Source: a virus (Duplodnaviria > Caudoviricetes). From it: a stretch of DNA of 64,000 nt. The stretch is taken from IMG/VR virus record IMGVR_UViG_3300042507_004106; one strand, given 5' to 3'. The notes beneath the pieces are model-generated. The model had not been told where the DNA came from and made no database searches. It saw nothing but the letters and a program-made list of their open reading frames with translations. This document shows, piece after piece, positions 62,404-64,000 of the stretch (the first letter of the stretch is position 1; each line of letters starts with the position of its first letter). Both the position numbers and the translations under genes were made by a program.

Positions 62404-63114
62404 TTAGGTTGTGTAGCGTCCTTTGAGAGCATTGTAGTTTTGTAAGACTTCTGCTGATGTAAGACCTTTGCCTTTGTATAATCTAACATTAGAGATTCTT
62501 CCAGACCAATTAACAACTGTACCTCGATTTACACCAACTCTAAGTGCAGTATTAGAATATGAACCACTATCAGTCATTGAATCAACTTCAACCGCATTAG
62601 TATATAATCTAACTGTCGTTCCTATTCTTGTTGCTGCAACATAAGTCCAAGTATTTAATTGAATCGTATTTACGGAATCGAAAATACAAAACGATTCATT
62701 TGATGGTCCTCTAGTGAATTCTATCCTATTCGTATGATTCTCACCATCAGCATTTCCACCTCTACCAAGTTGAAAAGCCGTAGTATCAGTACCACCACTC
62801 TGTCCATTTACAACTAGTCCAGAATAATTAGAACTACCATTATCATAAAACCAACATTCAACAGCAAAATCACCTGTTCCAAAATTAGCATCTTGTCTAC
62901 TACCAAAATTGATGAAATCATTATTCCCATCAAACACAATAGAACCGCCATTAGCACTACTATAAGTCGGTCCATTCGTGAGTGTTCCAGTATTACCACG
63001 ACCACTCAAATCTCTCCAAGTGGTTCCAGAACCAGGATAAGACTTTGCATTACCGGCATCCAAACATAATACCAATCCATTTGTTACGATGGATGGTGAG
63101 TGTGATAATCCCAC
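62404..63114 (-). CDS. LamG/concanavalin A-like domain protein
   Basis: Same N-terminal block; NTWTYVAATR..RLYTN; ATAAATA at about 63143-63149. Confidence 0.85.
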   Translation of the reverse strand: MGLSHSPSIVTNGLVLCLDAGNAKSYPGSGTTWRDLSGRGNTGTLTNGPTYSSANGGSIVFDGNNDFINFGSRQDANFGTGDFAVECWFYDNGSSNYSGLVVNGQSGGTDTTAFQLGRGGNADGENHTNRIEFTRGPSNESFCIFDSVNTIQLNTWTYVAATRIGTTVRLYTNAVEVDSMTDSGSYSNTALRVGVNRGTVVNWSGRISNVRLYKGKGLTSAEVLQNYNALKGRYTT

Positions 63115-63144
63115 TGTATAACAACTACCTAAACATAAGAATAT

Positions 63145-63327
63145 TTATCCACAGTTGGGCATCCATAAGGTACTAAGTTTCTTTCCTTTTGCTGTAATGT
63201 TGAAGTGGTCAACCTGCCCATTCTTATGATAGATTCCACACCAGAGGAACCCATCATCCATCATCTCAAAATGAACCATATCAATATCCCTGACGACAAT
63301 CTCATCAGGGTTCTTTTCGTCTTTCAT
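63145..63327 (-). CDS. small hypothetical protein
   Basis: 60 aa; VHFEMMDDGFLWCGIY. Confidence 0.6.
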   Translation of the reverse strand: MKDEKNPDEIVVRDIDMVHFEMMDDGFLWCGIYHKNGQVDHFNITAKGKKLSTLWMPNCG

Positions 63328-63803
63328 TATGCAACACCATCAGCACTATCTTTGAATTCTTGTACTCGTTCAAGAAATGCAGTTGCCTGCTCATCAAGTC
63401 GTTGAATCAAATCTTCAATATCAGAAATAGCAATCTCATTATACTCACGATTGAGATATTCACAACGAATAGCATCAATCATAGATTGTAGAGTAATCAT
63501 TTGTTGATGTTCTGGTGTGATAGGCGTACCGTGAGGCATACCAGAACATTCCATATTGTAGTAGTTATTATATCTTTGAAGAACACGATTACTTTTTTCT
63601 CTCCTTTCGGCAACCTCAAACATCTCATCAGGGTATGGTTCTTGGTTTCTCATAAGTTGTAATGCCTCATTATACTTGGAAATGCCCTCTTTTGCGAGTT
63701 CTCTCAACTTCTGTTTTCCATATTCCGTTAATTCGTGTTTTTTATTGCGGAGTTCTTCTACTTCTTCTTGTGTGAGATTGACCCACGGCATATCATCGTT
63801 CAT
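63327..63803 (-). CDS. hypothetical protein
   Basis: 158-aa ORF; starts MNDDMPWVNLTQEEVEELR. Confidence 0.7.
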   Translation of the reverse strand: MNDDMPWVNLTQEEVEELRNKKHELTEYGKQKLRELAKEGISKYNEALQLMRNQEPYPDEMFEVAERREKSNRVLQRYNNYYNMECSGMPHGTPITPEHQQMITLQSMIDAIRCEYLNREYNEIAISDIEDLIQRLDEQATAFLERVQEFKDSADGVA

Positions 63804-64000
63804 CGTAGTTTCTCCTTTATCATCCTAATACACTCATTCCATTTGTAAGAGTTAGTATCGTGTTCTTTAGGCAACCAATCTTCAACAATACTACAAATAT
63901 GCTCCCTATCAACATTAGAGTAGGGGTCAAGATTAGCAAAAAGAGTAGTAGGTTTTGGTTTATAATAATCATCTTCTCTTACCTTCTCTTCATATGCTGC
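63800..64000 (-). CDS. hypothetical protein, C-terminal part (starts beyond window)
   Basis: Open frame ...ICSIVEDWLPKEHDTNSYKWNECIRMIKEKLR* with ATGA overlap onto the next gene. Confidence 0.6.
   Translation of the reverse strand, partial: AAYEEKVREDDYYKPKPTTLFANLDPYSNVDREHICSIVEDWLPKEHDTNSYKWNECIRMIKEKLR

Noticed and set aside
1-64000. tRNA or rRNA genes; apparent abundance of GATC
   Set aside because: No cloverleaf with T-loop GTTCRA plus acceptor stem or rRNA signature recognised by eye. GATC enrichment was not counted, so it is not claimed.

Overview
This window is part of a T4-like cyanophage (cyanomyovirus) genome, with almost every gene on the minus strand. Bases 1-38,000 hold the conserved late morphogenesis module: gp21 (partial), gp20, gp19, gp18, gp17, gp16, gp15, gp14, gp13, a 2430-aa DUF4815-type virion protein, gp8, a 3971-aa gp7, gp6 and gp25, with TA(T/C)AAATA-type late promoters. 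Embedded in it are a protein with a T4 capsid-targeting-like N-terminus, a modular protein with repeated gp21-like cleavage motifs, and an NblA-like gene. Bases 38,000-40,600 carry speD, an ATP-grasp-like gene and a GT-A-like gene. From about 40,700 to 55,600 lies an early/host-takeover region of many small genes, very GC-rich at its left end. There almost every gene has its own sigma70-type promoter cassette. About a dozen cassettes carry a 24-bp imperfect palindrome (TGTG(C/A)CA(C/G)TT-N4-AA(C/G)TG(G/T)CACA) a fixed 28-30 nt from the -10 box, which suggests a dedicated phage regulon. The region also contains a solo HicA-like toxin, a wHTH protein, a PD-(D/E)xK-like nuclease, a ligase-like protein, an oppositely oriented HNH gene, an origin-like repeat block, a ParB-like gene and two DNA methyltransferases. 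The right end has CP12, an RmlB-like dehydratase, orphan antitoxin-like domains and three tandem LamG-domain genes. All calls come from reading sequence motifs by eye; no database searches were run.
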